Of a stretch of DNA of 64,000 nt, positions 54,604-64,000 are shown one piece after another. This stretch comes from Minisyncoccota bacterium (GTDB taxonomy: Bacteria > Patescibacteriota > Microgenomatia > PFEM01 > JAFGMK01): the NCBI GenBank assembly GCA_016927565.1, contig JAFGMK010000018.1, positions 13,119 through 77,118 of the forward strand, read 5' to 3'. The notes beneath the pieces are model-generated. The model did no database searches and had not been told where the DNA came from. It saw only the letters and a list, made by a program, of their open reading frames with translations. Within the stretch, counting starts at the first letter, position 1. Each line of letters begins with the position of its first letter. Position numbers and translations under genes: made by a program.

Positions 54604-56376
54604 TTGATGAGTCAAGATCAATTAGACGAAATCAGACAGAAAATAAATTTGGTTGATCTGGTCAGCGAATATACACCCCTCAAAAAAGCCGGACGGAATT
54701 TTAAAGCCCTTTGTCCTTTTCATTCCGAAAAGACTCCTTCCTTTATTGTTTCCCCGGAGAGGCAAATTTTTAAATGCTTCGGTTGTGGTGAGGGCGGCGA
54801 CATCTTTAGCTTTTTAATGAAAGCTGAGGGAATGGAGTTCAGTGAAGCTTTGGAAAAATTGGCTGACAGAGCGGGAATAAAACTCAAGGATTACCATCCT
54901 TCCCAGGATTGGCAAAAAAAACAACATTTATTTGAAATTAATCATTTAGCGGCCGAATTTTATCATTTCTTGCTGCTTAGCCATCAAATTGGAAAAAAAG
55001 CTTTGGATTATATTCTGGGACGGGGAATCAGCCGAGATTCTCTGATGCGTTTTAAACTGGGTTATTCCCCGCCTTTTTGGGACGGCCTCCAAAAATTTAT
55101 GGTCAGTAAGAAAAAATATCGCCTTGATAAGCTCGAAGAAGCGGGTTTAATTATCCGGAGTCAGCGGGGGTTTTATGACCGGTTCCGTGACCGGCTGATG
55201 TTTCCCTTGCGCGACTATCAAGGCAATATCTGCGGTTTTGCCGGTCGCGTGCTGGAAAAGGAAGCTAAGGCGGCAAAATATGTCAACTCTCCGGAAACGC
55301 CGGTCTATTTTAAAAGTCAATTGCTTTATGGGCTTTGGCTGACCCGGTCGGAAATTAAAAAACGGGACGAGGTGGTTTTGGTGGAGGGAGAGCTGGACGC
55401 AATTTCTTCTTATCAGGCAGGAGTGAAATCTGTAGCAGCGGTTAAGGGTTCAGCATTGACTGAGGGACAGTTGAATCTTATCAGGCGCTTTACCAAAAAC
55501 CTGATTTTGGCGCTTGACGCTGATTTTGCGGGTGACGCGGCCGCAAAGAGAGGCATTGAGTTGGCCGATCGGTTGGGATTTGCTGTCAAGGTGGTTGAGG
55601 TAAAGGGAGGTAAAGATCCTGATGAGGTAGCTCGAAAGAATCCTGGCCGCTGGCGGAAATTGGTCAGCCAGGCGATGCCGGTTTACGATTTTTTTCTAAA
55701 CTCAGCTTTTAACCGCTATAATGTCAAAACAGCTGAGGGTAAAAGAAAAATCGGTCAGGAGCTGGCGCCGATTTTGGCCAAGATTAATGATAATATTGTC
55801 CAGGCTCATTATTTGAGCCAGGTGGCTTCTCGGTTAGGAGTGAGCGAGGAAGCGGTCAGTCGGGAGGTGGCTAAACTTTCCCGAATGGCGTCTTTGGCAA
55901 ATCAGCCAATTTCCGTGCCGGGATTTGTCACGGTTTCCAAAACGCGGCAGGAGGTTTTGGAAGAATACCTTTTAAGTCTTTGTTTCCAGAGCAATCGCTG
56001 GTCCGATTTAACCAAAAAAAGCGTCAAAAAACTGATTACTGTTCCGGCTTATAAGCGGATAATCAAGATGTTGAAACAATATTTTGGAAAACATCAATCT
56101 CCTCAGGGTGAACTTTTGGTTAAGATGTTGCCAGCAGAACTGATTGAAATTTATAATCAGTTTTATCTTAACGATTTAGGGGATTGGTTGACAGACGGAG
56201 CAGAGGTAAAAAAAGAGATTAAAAAAACCATTCAAGGATTGAAAAAAACAAGGATAAAAACAAGACTGAAAGAGCTTGCCCGCGAAATTGCCCTTTTGGA
56301 AAAGGATAAAGATCAGGAGGCTAAATTGGAGGAGCTAAATCAGAAATTTCGCCGACTCTCAGCGAAGTTGGTTTAA
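54604..56376 (+). CDS. dnaG: DNA primase
   Basis: The zinc-binding [26 protein letters not shown] is present. The Toprim region reads [12 protein letters not shown]...[10 protein letters not shown]. Confidence 0.95.
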   Translation: MMSQDQLDEIRQKINLVDLVSEYTPLKKAGRNFKALCPFHSEKTPSFIVSPERQIFKCFGCGEGGDIFSFLMKAEGMEFSEALEKLADRAGIKLKDYHPSQDWQKKQHLFEINHLAAEFYHFLLLSHQIGKKALDYILGRGISRDSLMRFKLGYSPPFWDGLQKFMVSKKKYRLDKLEEAGLIIRSQRGFYDRFRDRLMFPLRDYQGNICGFAGRVLEKEAKAAKYVNSPETPVYFKSQLLYGLWLTRSEIKKRDEVVLVEGELDAISSYQAGVKSVAAVKGSALTEGQLNLIRRFTKNLILALDADFAGDAAAKRGIELADRLGFAVKVVEVKGGKDPDEVARKNPGRWRKLVSQAMPVYDFFLNSAFNRYNVKTAEGKRKIGQELAPILAKINDNIVQAHYLSQVASRLGVSEEAVSREVAKLSRMASLANQPISVPGFVTVSKTRQEVLEEYLLSLCFQSNRWSDLTKKSVKKLITVPAYKRIIKMLKQYFGKHQSPQGELLVKMLPAELIEIYNQFYLNDLGDWLTDGAEVKKEIKKTIQGLKKTRIKTRLKELAREIALLEKDKDQEAKLEELNQKFRRLSAKLV

Positions 56377-56407
56377 TTCTGATAAAATAAGAGAAGCTGT
56401 CTTAACC

Positions 56408-57538
56408 ATGACTAAGAAAAAAGAAACACCCATTATCGAAGCTTCGAAGACTAAGAGAGGAAAACCCGTGAATGTTTCGGCTTTGATCAAGAAAGGGCGG
56501 AAGCAGGGTTTTATTATTCAGGAAGAGATTCTGGCTCTTTTCCCCGATGCGGAAGATAGGATTGAGGAACTTGATAATCTTTACGACCGGCTTCTGAAAG
56601 TGAAGGTGGATGTATTTGAAACGGCTACCAAAGAGGAAATGATCGAGGATGAAAAATCGGCTTCCCGGTTGGCCAAAGAGCTGGAAGTTTTAGCGACTCT
56701 CAAAGACAAGACAATTACTGATCCAGTCAGAATGTATCTTAAAGAGATTGGTCGGATTCCTTTGCTGACGGCTGAGGAAGAGGTTAGTTTGGCTCAAAGG
56801 ATTGAAAAAAACTCAAAAGCAGCTCGAAGAAAACTGATTCAATCCAATCTCCGATTGGTAGTTTCAATCGCAAAAAAATATGTTGGCCGGGGAATGATTT
56901 TTTTGGATTTGATTCAGGAGGGAAATCAGGGTTTGATGCGAGCGGTCGAAAAATATGACTGGCGTCGGGGATATAAATTTTCCACTTATGCTACCTGGTG
57001 GATTCGACAGGCAATCACTCGGGCAATTGCTGACCAGGCCAGAACAATCAGAATTCCGGTTCATATGGTGGAAACGATCAATAAAGTGATCCGGACTTCC
57101 CGGCGGTTGATGCAAAGATTGGGTCGCGAGCCGGCGCCTGAAGAGATCGGTGAAAAGATGGAAATGTCGGCCGATCGGGTTAGAGAGATTTTAAAAATTG
57201 CCCAGAGCACTACTTCTCTGGAAAAACCGGTCGGAGACGATCAGAATTCATTTTTAGGAGATTTTATCCAGGACACTTCTCAACCTTCGCCTTATGACAC
57301 TGCCTCAAGACAGCTTTTAAAAGAGAATATAGGAGATGTTTTACAGACTCTTTCTGATCGGGAAGCCAGAGTTTTAAAGATGCGGTTTGGTTTGGGTGGC
57401 TCCCGGCCGATGACTCTGGAGGAAGTGGGGCAGGAGTTTGGGGTGACCCGAGAAAGAATTCGGCAAATCGAGGCCAAAGCGCTGCGGAAACTCAAGCATC
57501 CTTCAAGACGAAAAAAACTTCAGGACTATTTGGAGTAA
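56408..57538 (+). CDS. rpoD: RNA polymerase sigma-70 factor
   Basis: Region 2 is [47 protein letters not shown]. Region 4 is [26 protein letters not shown]. Confidence 0.95.
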   Translation: MTKKKETPIIEASKTKRGKPVNVSALIKKGRKQGFIIQEEILALFPDAEDRIEELDNLYDRLLKVKVDVFETATKEEMIEDEKSASRLAKELEVLATLKDKTITDPVRMYLKEIGRIPLLTAEEEVSLAQRIEKNSKAARRKLIQSNLRLVVSIAKKYVGRGMIFLDLIQEGNQGLMRAVEKYDWRRGYKFSTYATWWIRQAITRAIADQARTIRIPVHMVETINKVIRTSRRLMQRLGREPAPEEIGEKMEMSADRVREILKIAQSTTSLEKPVGDDQNSFLGDFIQDTSQPSPYDTASRQLLKENIGDVLQTLSDREARVLKMRFGLGGSRPMTLEEVGQEFGVTRERIRQIEAKALRKLKHPSRRKKLQDYLE

Positions 57539-57539
57539 G

Positions 57540-57890
57540 ATGAACTCTGATCTAAGACAGGGTATTCTGTCGGCAATCTATTCCACTTGGCTTCATAATA
57601 ACTTGGCGATTGGTTTAGTGATAGGAATCGGACTGACAGCGGCCTTGTTGATTTTTAAGCCTAAGAGAAAATATGTGTTTTTTCTGCTCGGCTTTATTCT
57701 CCTTCTTTTGCAATTTGAGTATCAAAAGCATTTTGGTAAGTCTTTAGAGAATCAGACGATTATTGCCGTTATTGCTCAGGGTGAGAACCCGGGAGCCCGG
57801 AGTTTGATAAGGCAGGTTTTTTCCAAGGCAATTCCATTTTTGCTTTGGTTGTTTGGTTGGGGGTTGGTTTTTTTGGGAATAGTGTTTTAG
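57540..57890 (+). CDS. Small membrane protein (hypothetical)
   Basis: A 116-aa ORF with 3-4 TM helices, translationally coupled to the rpoD stop. Confidence 0.35.
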   Translation: MNSDLRQGILSAIYSTWLHNNLAIGLVIGIGLTAALLIFKPKRKYVFFLLGFILLLLQFEYQKHFGKSLENQTIIAVIAQGENPGARSLIRQVFSKAIPFLLWLFGWGLVFLGIVF

Positions 57891-57951
57891 GTAATTTCGA
57901 CTTCTGGAATTTTATTCTAGTGAATGATAAAATTGGGCAGTTCGTTGACAA

Positions 57952-58027
57952 TCCCCGGTAGCTCAATTGGCAGAGCGTTCGCCTGTTAAGCGAAGGGTTA
58001 CTGGTTCGAGTCCAGTCCGGGGAGCCA
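57952..58027 (+). tRNA. tRNA-Asn(GTT); integration site of the downstream element
   Basis: Acceptor UCCCCGG/CCGGGGA and anticodon loop CUGUUAA. The T-arm ACUGGUUCGAGUCCAGU is identical to E. coli tRNA-Asn. A CCA is encoded. Confidence 0.85.
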
Positions 58028-59497
58028 GTCCCTACTTACTCTAACTTTTCTCGAGTTAAGTAGTTTTTTGAAGAGTGGCGTATAGGCAACTTTCGCCACT
58101 TTTTTGTCTTTAATATCAAACCTCTCAAAGAAGATAGCTAAGTAGTGTCTTTTGGCTTCAAAGCTAGCGTCACAATAAACCTCATAGATGTTGTTGGTGA
58201 GCTTTAATACTTCTTCTATAACATCAACGTCAAAGCCTCTTTGGTTTTCAATAGTGGCAATATCATTCTCTAAGTTTTGAATCTGGAAGTTAAGGTCCTG
58301 GTGTTTGCGTTTGAAAGATTCTTTGTCGATAGTCTTGTCTAAAAGATTATCCTCTAAGATATTGCGCTTATCTTCTAGCTTTTTAATGGCATTGCGTACA
58401 CCTTGAATTTCGCTATCTCTTGACTCTCTAGACTGTTTAACTAGGCTTTTAGCCTTGTCTAAGACAGCTTGTATAAACTCTTCTGATAACTGTATCTTCT
58501 TAAATTCTTTAGCTACAGCTTTTTCAAGCTCATCTAGGGGGATGTAGTGGCTACAGCCATTTCTAGCGCTTCCATGATAATAGGCCTTGTTTTTAGCATG
58601 AACACCATCTCCATACAATCGAGCGTCACATTCTTGGCAGTAAGCAAAGCCATTCAAGAGCCACTTATACTTTCTTCTTCTGCAAGCATTGTGGTTGTTG
58701 CGAGCCATTATCTTTTGACAAGTCTCGAATATTTCTGGTGTAGTTAAACTCTTATGGTTTCCTTTATGGAGCTTCCCGTTGTATCTCATCCATTTAACAT
58801 AAAAAGGATTTTTAAGAATCTCATAAACAATACTGCGGTACATTTTTTTACCAGTTTTACTACGTAGTTTTTTATCATTAAGATAATCGACCATTTCATC
58901 GACTGAATAGTTACCAGTAGAGTAGAGCCTAAATAACTCACTTATGAGGAAACTTTTTTCTTTGTCTACTTTTATGACACGGTTGGGTTTGTCTTCTGAG
59001 CCTAGATTGACATTTTTATAGCCTAAAGGTGCCCAACCTGGCCAATTGCCGTCTTGAATTTTCTTTTCTAAACTTTTTTTAACCTTGCGACCAGTTAAAC
59101 GACTATAGAAAGCATTAATACTAGCTAACATTCCATCCATAAGCTTACCTTCAGCAGAATCATCAATCATTGGTTGGCTTATGGCTATTAGTTGAGTGTT
59201 GCAGTCTTTAAGAACATGTTTGATTTTGTAGTGGTCAAACTCATTTCGAGCTATTCTGTCTGTATCGATAACCAAGGCCACGTCTATAGTCTCTTCTTGG
59301 CATTGGATAATCATATCTTCCAAACCTTCTCGGCCAACTGTCTTGGTGCCAGTTTTGCCACCATCTTTGAATACACCAACTACTTGATAGTTGTTTTTCT
59401 TAGCCCATTCAGCACACTTTTCCTTTTGAACATCAAGAGATAAACCGCCTACTTGGCCTGGGTCTGACACTCTGGAATAGATAACTGCTTTTTTCAT
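57998..59497 (-). CDS. Large serine recombinase (integrase)
   Basis: The N-terminal resolvase catalytic domain AVIYSRVSDPGQ...GKTGTKTVGREGLEDMI is followed by a recombinase domain and a zinc ribbon CQECDARLYGDG...CSHY. The last about 10 codons read through the tRNA-Asn 3' end. Confidence 0.85.
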   Translation of the reverse strand: MKKAVIYSRVSDPGQVGGLSLDVQKEKCAEWAKKNNYQVVGVFKDGGKTGTKTVGREGLEDMIIQCQEETIDVALVIDTDRIARNEFDHYKIKHVLKDCNTQLIAISQPMIDDSAEGKLMDGMLASINAFYSRLTGRKVKKSLEKKIQDGNWPGWAPLGYKNVNLGSEDKPNRVIKVDKEKSFLISELFRLYSTGNYSVDEMVDYLNDKKLRSKTGKKMYRSIVYEILKNPFYVKWMRYNGKLHKGNHKSLTTPEIFETCQKIMARNNHNACRRRKYKWLLNGFAYCQECDARLYGDGVHAKNKAYYHGSARNGCSHYIPLDELEKAVAKEFKKIQLSEEFIQAVLDKAKSLVKQSRESRDSEIQGVRNAIKKLEDKRNILEDNLLDKTIDKESFKRKHQDLNFQIQNLENDIATIENQRGFDVDVIEEVLKLTNNIYEVYCDASFEAKRHYLAIFFERFDIKDKKVAKVAYTPLFKKLLNSRKVRVSRDWLPGLDSNQ

Positions 59498-59679
59498 TTT
59501 ATTTTCTCTCTAGAAAATCTATCGCCCTTTATTGAAATTAGTTTGAATTTATTTCTTTTTGAATAACCACGTACTATTTTTTCTTGGGTTTCAGCCTGGG
59601 ATTTTTGAGTAAATTGTTTTGTGCTAGAAACACGGTTATAAAGTGCTGTTTTTTGCATTTTTATGACTCCTTTCTTCAA
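59494..59679 (-). pseudogene. Remnant encoding a resolvase N-terminus-like peptide (KTALYNRVSSTKQ...), directly upstream of the intact recombinase
   Basis: The 61-aa ORF has the pattern A(L/V)xYxRVSxxxQ, which aligns with the first about 55 aa of the neighbouring recombinase and then stops. Confidence 0.35.
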
Positions 59680-60015
59680 ATCCTTTAACTCTATTTAATA
59701 TGTTGTTCATTACGGTATCTTCAGGAGATAAAGAATTATCTCTAATAATATGCGCTTTTGATTCAACAACCTGTTTAACACGCTTCCAGGCAGGGTATAT
59801 GCCATGAACAAAACGAAAACCAACTTCAGATAACCTAACTTCAGCTAGTTTTTGTGCCATCAATTCGAGCCAGTTGTTATTATCTTTGAGCATATTTATT
59901 GAATATTCTTTAACATTACAATATACACATTGTACTACATAAATAATATTTAGTCAACAATATACACATAGCACACAAATTGCATTTATAACATAAATGA
60001 GTTACAATTGGAGCC

Positions 60016-60243
60016 ATGCAAGTAGAGTATAAATACACTGTAGAAGATATTGCCGAAATGCTTACCGTTAGTACAGAAACGGTTAGGCGTTGGTGTCGTA
60101 ACAAACAAATAAATCACATTAAGTTGCCAGGGAGGAAAGGTGGATTTAGATTTTCCAAAAATGATATTGTCGATTTTGTCGCCAAGCTTAATAGCAATCC
60201 TTATGATAAGGGGGGTACCCAGGGTTCAGAAAATTCAACTTAA
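60016..60243 (+). CDS. Helix-turn-helix DNA-binding protein (excisionase or regulator-like)
   Basis: YTVEDIAEMLTVSTETVRRWCRNKQINHIKLPG is an HTH signature. It faces the recombinase across a promoter region that contains repeats. Confidence 0.55.
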   Translation: MQVEYKYTVEDIAEMLTVSTETVRRWCRNKQINHIKLPGRKGGFRFSKNDIVDFVAKLNSNPYDKGGTQGSENST

Positions 60244-60480
60244 AAACTGGATGGGTATCTCTCAATAAATATTGCCTTTCTCCTTATATCCCCCCTTTTG
60301 ATAGTGTTTAACGTAAGCTGGGTTGAGTGAACCTGTTCTCAATTCCCTCATCTATGAGGCAACTCTTGTCTTTAGCCTTAAAATCAAGACTTTGACTCTT
60401 CTTTTAATAGACTCATTTATGAGTGAAGTCCCGCATATATTGCGGTTAAGCCTAAACTTATTAATTAGAAAACTAAGCGT

Positions 60481-61128
60481 TTAGGTTGTTCTTTTGTCTT
60501 CAGACTTTATTTCAACAACTTCACACATTGCATGCAATCGACTTACTAACCTATCGCCAATCAGACTTGCCAACTTTGTTTCTCCAAAGTTTGTAGTAAT
60601 AATGGTTTGCTTTACCCTGTTGTAGCGACCATCGATAATCAGATATAGGATTGAATTGGTCCAATCGCTTGTCTTTTCAGCGCCAATATCATCTAGTACT
60701 AATAACTCCACATCAACAATATTTTGTATAAAGAGCATGTTTTTGTCGTTTTCTCCATCAAAATTTGTTTGCATAGTAGTTAAAAGCTCGACAAGGTTGA
60801 CGTAAGCAATATCGCTTTCTTCATCGTTCCTTAGGCGTTCTTGTAGGGTCCATGCCGCTAGATGACTTTTACCCACTCCCGCATCTCCGAATAGATAGAG
60901 GCCACTTTCAGTGTCTTTCTTGGCAATTAAATTAGCCTGTTTCCAGGCCTGGACATTTCCAGTCTCAGCTTTAAATGGTTTATCGAGAAATAGTGGTGGA
61001 ATACCAGCGTCCCCAATTATTGAGTAATCAGAATCGTAATAACTATATTTACTTTTTTCTGAATATAGTCTTTTAGGTACGATACTTGCTAGGTTTTGGG
61101 AGATTCCTGTTTTCATAAATTTTTTCAC
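60481..61128 (-). CDS. IstB/DnaC-like AAA+ ATPase (helicase-loader-like)
   Basis: Walker A LYLFGDAGVGKSHLA and Walker B LLVLDDIGAEK are present, as is sensor TIITTN. Confidence 0.75.
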   Translation of the reverse strand: MKKFMKTGISQNLASIVPKRLYSEKSKYSYYDSDYSIIGDAGIPPLFLDKPFKAETGNVQAWKQANLIAKKDTESGLYLFGDAGVGKSHLAAWTLQERLRNDEESDIAYVNLVELLTTMQTNFDGENDKNMLFIQNIVDVELLVLDDIGAEKTSDWTNSILYLIIDGRYNRVKQTIITTNFGETKLASLIGDRLVSRLHAMCEVVEIKSEDKRTT

Positions 61129-61618
61129 CTCCTTTACTTTTTTTATTTTTATAACTTTGTATATATTTATTATTTGTAGATACTTTTATTTGTTTTTCTT
61201 TCTCTTTGTATGTTCCAGTTTCTGGATTAGTGACTGTTCCAATTTTTGGACCAGTACTATTCCAACTATTGATAAAGTAGTTATCCAATTCTTGATATAA
61301 AAAGTCGGATAGTCGATAATAAATCATTGCCCTGGAACCTTTTTTGACCTTAACTATTAAATTTTCTTCATCATCAAACCTTTCAATATAGCCATTATCA
61401 ATTAGCCAGTTTATTGCGGGCGAAATTGTAGCTTTAACGTACTTAGTTTTCTTTTCAATGAAGCCATACCTGATAAAATCTTTTTCTTTTTGAAAGCCAA
61501 GTGTTTGCCTGAATATTAAAAGAAGAATCTTAAATGTAGAGTTGGGAAACATTGACTGATTGTCCGCAAGCCAGTTATATGACGCTAGCTGGAAAAGAGG
61601 GTCTTTGCGTCTTTTCAT
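61073..61618 (-). CDS. Replication-initiation/replisome-organiser-like protein (winged helix; DnaD-like N-terminus)
   Basis: Its position directly upstream of the DnaC-like ATPase gives the typical phage or plasmid replication-module arrangement. The sequence is weakly diagnostic. Confidence 0.35.
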   Translation of the reverse strand: MKRRKDPLFQLASYNWLADNQSMFPNSTFKILLLIFRQTLGFQKEKDFIRYGFIEKKTKYVKATISPAINWLIDNGYIERFDDEENLIVKVKKGSRAMIYYRLSDFLYQELDNYFINSWNSTGPKIGTVTNPETGTYKEKEKQIKVSTNNKYIQSYKNKKSKGGEKIYENRNLPKPSKYRT

Positions 61619-61866
61619 AGCGTTTCCCTCCTTTCAGCAAAAAGCCTATCTTTTAGTTCGTTTAGGCAAGAAAACAATTTTTTGGGGTTTATTAAAGCAA
61701 CATCGTCCCAATACTCGTTTATGAGTTTTTGACAGAGCAGTGTGTTTTCAAATACAAACAATACTTTTTTAGGAGAAATTTTTTCTAGACAGAGGAGAGG
61801 TACATTACCAGTAGCTAGTAAATAGGTAGCGATATAAAGCTGGTGTGTTTTAAATACGTTTTTCAT
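61615..61866 (-). CDS. Small conserved hypothetical protein (DUF5659-like by memory)
   Basis: MKNVFKTHQLYIATYLLATG...KKVLFVFEN...EYWDD resembles a short family often seen on CPR mobile elements. Confidence 0.35.
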   Translation of the reverse strand: MKNVFKTHQLYIATYLLATGNVPLLCLEKISPKKVLFVFENTLLCQKLINEYWDDVALINPKKLFSCLNELKDRLFAERRETL

Positions 61867-62159
61867 TTCAATTTACCTCTCAATCTCAATATTGGTTGCT
61901 TATATTGAGCAAACAAAAAAGCAACCGTTTAATGCTAGTTAAACTAGCTTCAACGATTGCCACCCGAATTAAGAGGTCTTAGTTTCTAAAAGCCAATGCT
62001 TTGAAACCAAGGCAATGTTTTGTTGCAAATTGAGATAAGTATTGAGGTTTTCGTAACACTACAAAAACACTACTTTCTCTATGCTAAAACTAGATTATCA
62101 CATTTCAATTTTGCGGTCAATTGGTTATAATTGGAAGTAGGTTATAATGAGGTATATTT

Positions 62160-62357
62160 ATGATTAAAGAACCAAAGGTTAAAAAAATCTTAACCATAGG
62201 AGAAGCGTCAGAAATGCTTGGTGTGACTGTAACAACACTAAGAAAATGGGATAAAAATGGCCATTTTAAGGCCTTGAGAATTGGTACTCGCAAGGGCGTT
62301 GGTGATAGACGTTACCGATTAGAGGATATTAAGAAGTATTTGATAGCAGATAAATAG
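62160..62357 (+). CDS. MerR-family or excisionase-like HTH protein
   Basis: ILTIGEASEMLGVTVTTLRKWDKNGHFKALRIGTRKGVGDRRYRLEDIKKY. Confidence 0.6.
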   Translation: MIKEPKVKKILTIGEASEMLGVTVTTLRKWDKNGHFKALRIGTRKGVGDRRYRLEDIKKYLIADK

Positions 62358-62393
62358 AAAATTAAAGAAAATTAAAAGAGAATTTAGAAAATT

Positions 62394-63944
62394 ATGGCAA
62401 AAAACAAGAAACTTGAGCTAACTTGGTTCAATAAAGATAAAAGTCTTTTTTATGACCTTGAAGATAAAAAATATATTTGGGTAGATAAAAAAGACCCTCG
62501 TGTATCTGAACCTCGAATTCTTCTTGAAAAAGCTTCTTATGGAGATAAAAATTCCGAAAATATGCTTATTAAGGGAGACAACCTTTTGGCCTTAAAAGCG
62601 CTGGAATCAGATTTTAGAAATACATTTAAGCTGATATTTTTAGACCCGCCATACAATACTGGAAGTGCTTTTGAACAGTACAATGATGGTCTTGAACACT
62701 CAATATGGTTAGGAATGATGAAGACCAGATTAGAGTCACTTTATAAACTTTTAAGCACATCTGGCTCTCTTTGGATAACTGTTGATGACAATGAGTCTCA
62801 TTATTTGAAAGTGTTATGCGATGAAATATTTGGGAGAAAGAATTTTGTTGCGAATATTATTTGGCAAAAAAAATACACAAGAAGCAATGATGCAAAATGG
62901 TTTTCAGATAATCATGACCACATATTAATTTTTGCTAAGAATAAAGATTCCTGGAAATTAAATAAACTACCAAGAACTGAGGAAATGGATAAGAGATATA
63001 AGAACCCCGATAATGACCCAAGAGGTCCCTGGATGACTCAACCTCTTCATGCTAAGAGCGGAACAGACAAATCTTACTCCTTCACTTTTGAAAATAATAT
63101 TGTTTGGAAACCACCTTCTGGAACTTTCCCAAGGTACAGCAAGAATACTCTTGAAGAAGCAGACAGAGATGGGCGTATATGGTTTGGTAAAACTGGAAGT
63201 GCTGTCCCAAGGATGAAGAAATATTTAGCAGACATGAATAAAGGCGTTGTACCTATGACAATATGGACCTACGGAGAAGTGGGCAGTAATGATGATGCAA
63301 AAAGGGAAGTAAAACAAGTAAATCCAAAAGATGTTTTTTCTACTCCAAAACCAGAAAAATTAATGCACAGAATTATACAAATGGCTACGGCTGAGAATGA
63401 CTGGGTCTTGGATTCTTTTGCTGGCTCGGGTACTACAGGAGCTGTTGCACACAAAATGAACAGAAGATGGGTAATGATAGAAATGGAAAACCATGCTGAA
63501 ACTCACATCGTGCCTAGAATGAAAAGAATTGTAGACGGAAAAGATAAGAATAAGACTTCAAAATTAGTGAAATGGAGTAAAGGTGGAGGATTTTCATATT
63601 TACAACTTGGAGATAGTTTATTTGTACAAGATGATGACCTTAAATTAACCATATTGAATCAAAAGATGTATAACGGGCCTTTGATTCGTGCGGTCTTAAA
63701 AGTAGAAGGTTTTAAGCTTAAAAATCCTGACAATGGGATACATGGTATAGCTGGTAAAACAATTGCCCATGTCACTGAACAATATATTAGCCAACAATAT
63801 ATAGATGTTCTTATAGATGAAATTGGCTCTGCAGGAGATTTTATAATAGTTTATGCCAAGACAATTTCAAGCAGTCTGGAATTACCCGATAACGTTGAAG
63901 TTAGAAGAATTCCAGATGTTCTATTAAGGAGATTCAAAGTATGA
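62394..63944 (+). CDS. Beta-class N6-adenine/N4-cytosine DNA methyltransferase, probably the Type III R-M Mod subunit
   Basis: Motif IV IFLDPPYNTGSAF precedes motif I VLDSFAGSGTTGAV, which is the beta-class order. Its stop overlaps the ATG of the next ORF (ATGA). Confidence 0.65.
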   Translation: MAKNKKLELTWFNKDKSLFYDLEDKKYIWVDKKDPRVSEPRILLEKASYGDKNSENMLIKGDNLLALKALESDFRNTFKLIFLDPPYNTGSAFEQYNDGLEHSIWLGMMKTRLESLYKLLSTSGSLWITVDDNESHYLKVLCDEIFGRKNFVANIIWQKKYTRSNDAKWFSDNHDHILIFAKNKDSWKLNKLPRTEEMDKRYKNPDNDPRGPWMTQPLHAKSGTDKSYSFTFENNIVWKPPSGTFPRYSKNTLEEADRDGRIWFGKTGSAVPRMKKYLADMNKGVVPMTIWTYGEVGSNDDAKREVKQVNPKDVFSTPKPEKLMHRIIQMATAENDWVLDSFAGSGTTGAVAHKMNRRWVMIEMENHAETHIVPRMKRIVDGKDKNKTSKLVKWSKGGGFSYLQLGDSLFVQDDDLKLTILNQKMYNGPLIRAVLKVEGFKLKNPDNGIHGIAGKTIAHVTEQYISQQYIDVLIDEIGSAGDFIIVYAKTISSSLELPDNVEVRRIPDVLLRRFKV

Positions 63945-64000
63945 AAAAAATTGTTGAACAAATCACCAAAGAATTAAGTTTAAGAAAACCACAGGCATTA
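63942..64000 (+). CDS. 5' end of an ORF translationally coupled to the methyltransferase; possibly a Type III Res (helicase-like) subunit
   Basis: MKKIVEQITKELSLRKPQAL... runs to the window end. LRKPQ resembles the helicase Q/motif-I lead-in L-R-x-Y-Q. Only 19 codons are visible. Confidence 0.3.

Larger units (their letters stand above)
57952..64000. mobile_element. AT-rich integrative element inserted at the tRNA-Asn 3' end and continuing past the window end. It carries a large serine recombinase, HTH regulators, an IstB/DnaC-like ATPase, a replication-protein-like ORF and a Type III-like mod gene
   Basis: GC content drops abruptly right after the tRNA. The recombinase gene's 3' end overlaps the tRNA 3' end. 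The gene content is a typical integrase/replication/R-M cargo. The right boundary was not seen. Confidence 0.65.

Noticed and set aside
59636-59893. 85-aa ORF upstream of the recombinase as a recombination directionality factor
   Set aside because: The size and position are compatible, but the sequence gives no HTH or Xis signature. It was left unannotated.
1-64000. CRISPR arrays
   Set aside because: There are no regularly spaced short direct repeats anywhere in the window. The only tandem short repeats are the two 13-mers in the integrase promoter.

Overview
This 64-kb window most likely comes from a small-genome, CPR/Patescibacteria-like bacterium; the taxon call is inference from gene content. 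The read-through, in coordinate order:
(1) 1-7000: the 3'-truncated rplY, then a surface-polysaccharide locus with an unusual epimerase + large ectodomain fusion, rnhA, a flippase-like gene and an O-antigen-ligase-like gene.
(2) 7000-13300: the canonical origin neighbourhood, jag-yidC-yidD-rnpA-rpmH on the minus strand facing dnaA-dnaN on the plus strand. DnaA-box-like 9-mers sit in the dnaA-dnaN spacer, and an extra orphan ORF lies between rpmH and dnaA.
(3) 13300-33400: a Gram-positive/CPR-style type IV secretion or pilus cluster. It has a giant membrane protein ending in an M23 peptidase, a VirB4 ATPase, a PrgI/VirB3-like protein, a VirB6-like polytopic protein, a roughly 1100-aa secreted GH-A-like glycoside hydrolase with a Cys-rich tail, and six tandem pilin paralogues sharing a W/Y-x3-GGDK motif. 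No VirD4 or relaxase is visible. A cytoplasmic 839-aa orphan and a membrane-anchored methyltransferase are embedded on the opposite strand.
(4) 33400-39700: polyprenyl-diphosphate synthase, ECF sigma, a methyltransferase, an HD hydrolase and uppS, followed by two more pilin-domain proteins carrying Cys-rich N-terminal ectodomains.
(5) 39700-46500: a SpoIID/LytB-like protein, smpB plus tmRNA (ssrA), comF, and tRNA-Ser(GCT) and tRNA-Ser(TGA).
(6) 46500-53000: a gene-poor, AT-rich islet with VOC, DUF1801 and other genes, then tRNA-Arg(GCG), Ser(CGA), Arg(CCG), a NUDIX gene and Ser(GGA).
(7) 53000-57900: a GT-C-like membrane protein, dnaG and rpoD.
(8) 57950-64000: an AT-rich integrative element inserted at tRNA-Asn(GTT). 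It carries a large serine recombinase, HTH regulators, an IstB/DnaC-like ATPase, a replication-protein-like ORF and a Type III-like mod gene, and continues past the window end.
Three families of short intergenic repeats were found. One is a roughly 150-nt element at three loci whose closing stem shows a compensatory C-G to U-A change, which makes it a candidate structured RNA. All calls come from reading the sequence and remembered family signatures; no database search was possible.
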